The translations under genes and the position numbers were made by a program. A stretch of 22,547 nucleotides of DNA from Macrostomum lignano (Eukaryota). The notes beneath the pieces were generated by a model. That model searched no databases and was not told the origin of the DNA. It was given only the letters and a program-made list of their open reading frames with translations. This document shows, one piece after another, positions 19,527-22,547 of the stretch. The stretch spans positions 1-22,547 of the forward strand of contig NIVC01002570.1 in assembly GCA_002269645.1 (NCBI GenBank), given 5' to 3'. Positions within the stretch are counted from its first letter, which is position 1. Each line of letters opens with the position of its first letter.

Positions 19527-20456
19527 CAGGTGGGACCCACTTCTCAAGCACAGCGGCGTGATGACTCGGAGAGACACCGTGGGGATGGTATGGGAAGAAT
19601 CCGGGCTCTACTGGCGGCCGGGATGAGAAATCCCCAAGTGCATTCTGTCCCCGCTAGCACCGGAAGCAGGCCGATGCCCGGGGCGCGCGCACCTCAGAAG
19701 CGGCCGAGGCCCGGCGCAGCGCAGATGCAAATCGCAAGCGGAGGACAGACTACTCAGTGAGGCGGCTCGGGTGGCGGCAGGCTAATTTATTGGCGACCCC
19801 AGTGCTGCTCAGTATTATAATCAGGACTGAACAAACAGCCCAGCACGCCCCGCTGACTACATGGCTGGCTAACTAAGAATTGAATACGGCTCTTCCCAAG
19901 GCGAAATTGTCCTTAGCTGCTGAATTTGCCGGCCAAGACTCCGGGAGAAACTAAGCAGGATTAGGCCGGCGCTAGTCGACAGCGGGCGGTTCTGACAGAT
20001 CCTGTGTCACTCCGCTCTTCACTGCAGTAGGCTTAACTTCCTACAGCTAGTCTGTAAATGATTTCTTTCACTAACTATACAGTCTGCAGTTAAAAGGATT
20101 AATAGATAATAACTCGGCTAAGTTCAACTTGTGCAATAGTTATTTGGCTTGCAAAAATGCACTAAACAGATGGTCGGCTCTGTTATACAGTGTAAGTTTA
20201 AGCCTAGGAGTACAAAGCGGCGACTTCTGCAATCCGCCCTCACTGAGGGTAGCTGACAAGAAACTAATAAGCTCGGAGACTCACTAGGTGGTAGCCCATA
20301 TTCAATATGAGGTCGCAGAAGACTGACTTTACTGAACTTTATTGTTCTCCTGACTGTGATTACTTTTTGCTGTATATTATTATAATATCCGTGGGATTAT
20401 CAGCCTTCTAAACAGTCAGTACAAATGTTATTCATCTATGTATTTATCTGCACATC

Positions 20457-20856
20457 GTGAATAGTCTACAGGTATGTTCAAATCCACATAATAGTGAATA
20501 GTCTATGGTCAAAGCCACTTGATATTCAATAGTCTATGGTCAAATCCTCACAATAGTGAATAGTCTATGGTCAAAGCCACTTAATATTGAATAGTCTATG
20601 GTCAAAGCCATTTAATAGTGAATAGAAAATGAAGCTTAACACCAACATACATAATTTACTCAGTGCCAGTGAGATGAGGATAATAGTGAATAGTCTATGG
20701 TCAAAGCCACATAATAGTGAATAGTCTATGGTCAAAGCCAATAATAGTGAATAGTCTATGGTCAAAGCCTCATAATAGTGAATAGTCTATGGTCAAAGCC
20801 ACATAATAGTGAATAGTCTATGGTCAAAGCCACATAATAGTGAATAGTCTATGGTC
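20457..20856. repeat. AT-rich minisatellite, 31-bp unit ATAATAGTGAATAGTCTATGGTCAAAGCCAC, interrupted by a unique ~55-bp segment
   Basis: Directly visible; interruption at about 20626-20680. Confidence 0.92.
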
Positions 20857-21949
20857 GGCACCAACCGATGAGGTTAGAAAAAGTTTTTTTGGAGAACAAT
20901 CGGTACCACGTAACATATGCTTTTCCCCCAAGTCGACTTCAAAGCTTAATTTTGCTAGCAGAAAGCAAGAATTCTCCAACATTCCTATGTAAACCGGATA
21001 CCTGACAGGGTAGGATGAATTGTATCAAGCTAAGAGCTGAGAGCCACTCTAATTTCTTTGACAGAACTTGGGAAAACTAGCAGGCGTCTGTCTGCACTTC
21101 TGCATTTTTTTTCAGTTTCCGAGGGCCGGAAAAGATTGCTCTGAACTGCAGAACTCGCATATAAAAAATAAACATATTAGCTTGGAATCCTAAGTGGATG
21201 AAAAAATTCGATGCCGCACCAGCTTAAGAAGAAAATAAGCTGCCAATTCAGCAGCATCGATCCGAGTGCCAAGAGAGAGAGGGAGAGAGGGGGGACTTGC
21301 GGCTCGGGCTATGCGACAGCACGCGCTAGAAACAATCCCGCGAGAGAGGAGGACTTGTCAAGCGCGTCAATGGACAAATATTGAGACCGCGGTAGTTAAG
21401 CGGGATTGCAAAGTCCGTCCTGCATGTCCCCTTACTCCCACGCCTCAGATTGGTCCCGTTTGTCCTCCGCCCGACTCCAGCTTGCTCAGATCAGATTGAT
21501 TGAGCAGCAGCAGCAGCAGCCAGGCTGTACAGGCCAGGGAATGCCTGGCAGGGGAGGGAGAAGTTACTAAAGCGAAATTAGCCGCGTTAGTCGATGGTCC
21601 AATTTTATTGCCCCAATACCCGTCTGGGAGTAAGCGGCTCCTTGCTGTGTCTGTCAACCGGGATGCAGGCATGAGAGCCAGTGAGACCTGAGCTCGGAAG
21701 ATTGATTGAAGGTGCACAGCTGACTGCACGAGCTGTAATAATATTCCAATTTGCCGGGCTCAGGCCGTCCAAGGTTTGGTCCGGAAATGGCGGCGGCTTG
21801 GCATGGGGCGACTCGGGAAGAGGAAGGCGGCAGGACAAGCGCCCGGCTGCGGGTTTCTTCACCAAAATACTGAGGCCAATTTCTGCGGCGGAAACTCTGC
21901 TTTTAAATGGGGATGAGAGAGTGTGGAAGAGGAAGAAGAAGTGAGAGAT

Positions 21950-22250
21950 GGAAGTGTAAGACAGTGAAACGAGAGAGCGAGGAAGTCAGTAGGGAGCCAG
22001 GGAAAGTGAAAATGGAGCCAGTGAGAGTGAACATGGAGCCAGAGTCAGTAAGAGTGAAAATGGAACCAAGTGAGAGTGAAAATGGAGCCAGTGAGAGTAA
22101 AAATTGAGCCACAATGAGAGTGAAAAGGAGCCAGTAAGAGTGAAAATGGAGCCAGTGAGAGTGAAAAGGGAGCCAGTGAGAGTGAAAAGGGAGCCAGTGA
22201 GAGTGAAAAGGGAGCCAGTGAGAGTGAAAAGGGAGCCAGTGAGAGTGAAT
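21950..22250. repeat. Purine-rich 21-bp tandem repeat GAGTGAAAAGGGAGCCAGTGA, degenerate on the left and perfect on the right
   Basis: Directly visible; gives the HSHWLPF repeats of the minus ORF. Confidence 0.9.
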
Positions 22251-22547
22251 AGGAATAAGTGTATTAGCAGAGCCAGTGTCTGAAATCATGCCATTGATTC
22301 AAACTGAAACTGATTCAAATTTAGCAATGCCAACAAGCAAAAAAGAAGAATCCGAGAACAGCTCTCTGCAGATGAGGCTGCTGCTCACTCCGCTGAATTC
22401 ACCGAGGGGAATATCGGACAAAAGATTTGAGTAGTCCATAGCCTTAGCCATTTCCTATCGCGTGCCGGTTGTTCAACAAGCATTGTGAGTACCCGATACC
22501 AGAATTTCCATTGAAGCGGTCGCTTAACAGGGCGCGAAGGACTTGCC

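Noticed and set aside
19575-19600. FFPYHPHGV on the minus strand resembling the DGAT2/MOGAT HPHG motif
   Set aside because: Flanks do not match the family, there is an in-frame stop shortly upstream, and the opposite strand has the better codon pattern.
18876-19760. 294-aa ORF with unique ends around a repetitive core, plus five overlapping ORFs
   Set aside because: The 23-bp unit is stop-free in all six frames and the start is a non-ATG codon, so openness is not evidence of coding.
19990-20031. AYCS on the minus strand matching SLC38A7 LAYCSQ
   Set aside because: Four-residue match preceded immediately by TAA, with no downstream similarity (no YQEVV); chance.
21266-21944. Cluster of 60-95-aa ORFs and a CCGGAAATGGCGGC (ETS/YY1-like) motif at 21781
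   Set aside because: No recognisable protein, the ATG frame stops after 28 codons, and there is no consistent splice structure.

Overview
Eukaryotic (animal) genomic DNA: GC-rich spliced exons sit in AT-richer sequence, and about one third of the window (~7.5 kb, 13 unrelated arrays) is minisatellite. The style resembles the flatworm Macrostomum lignano, but this is an inference only. Three genes are recognisable by eye. (1) A three-exon DENND11/KIAA1147 (LCHN) gene on + (1037-3332) carries two lesions: an in-frame TGA just before the first splice donor and a 1-nt frameshift in exon 3. (2) Only the last two exons of an SLC38A7-like amino-acid transporter are present on - (10034-9835, 9155-9025). 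(3) A DEG/ENaC channel on + (12771-15258) has no TM2 exon visible in the remaining 7.3 kb. There are also three copies plus one extra head of a tRNA-derived SINE family (one copy has a clear target-site duplication), a small MITE, and several orphan exon-like segments. Most long ORFs in the ORF track are artefacts of stop-free tandem repeats. I found no rRNA, intact tRNA or CRISPR array. I cannot demonstrate a new biological system. The best leads are the ~0.5-kb clustering of array lengths, a Pol III-type head placed directly before a terminator-free 1.7-kb satellite, and the nested or incomplete transporter/channel arrangement.
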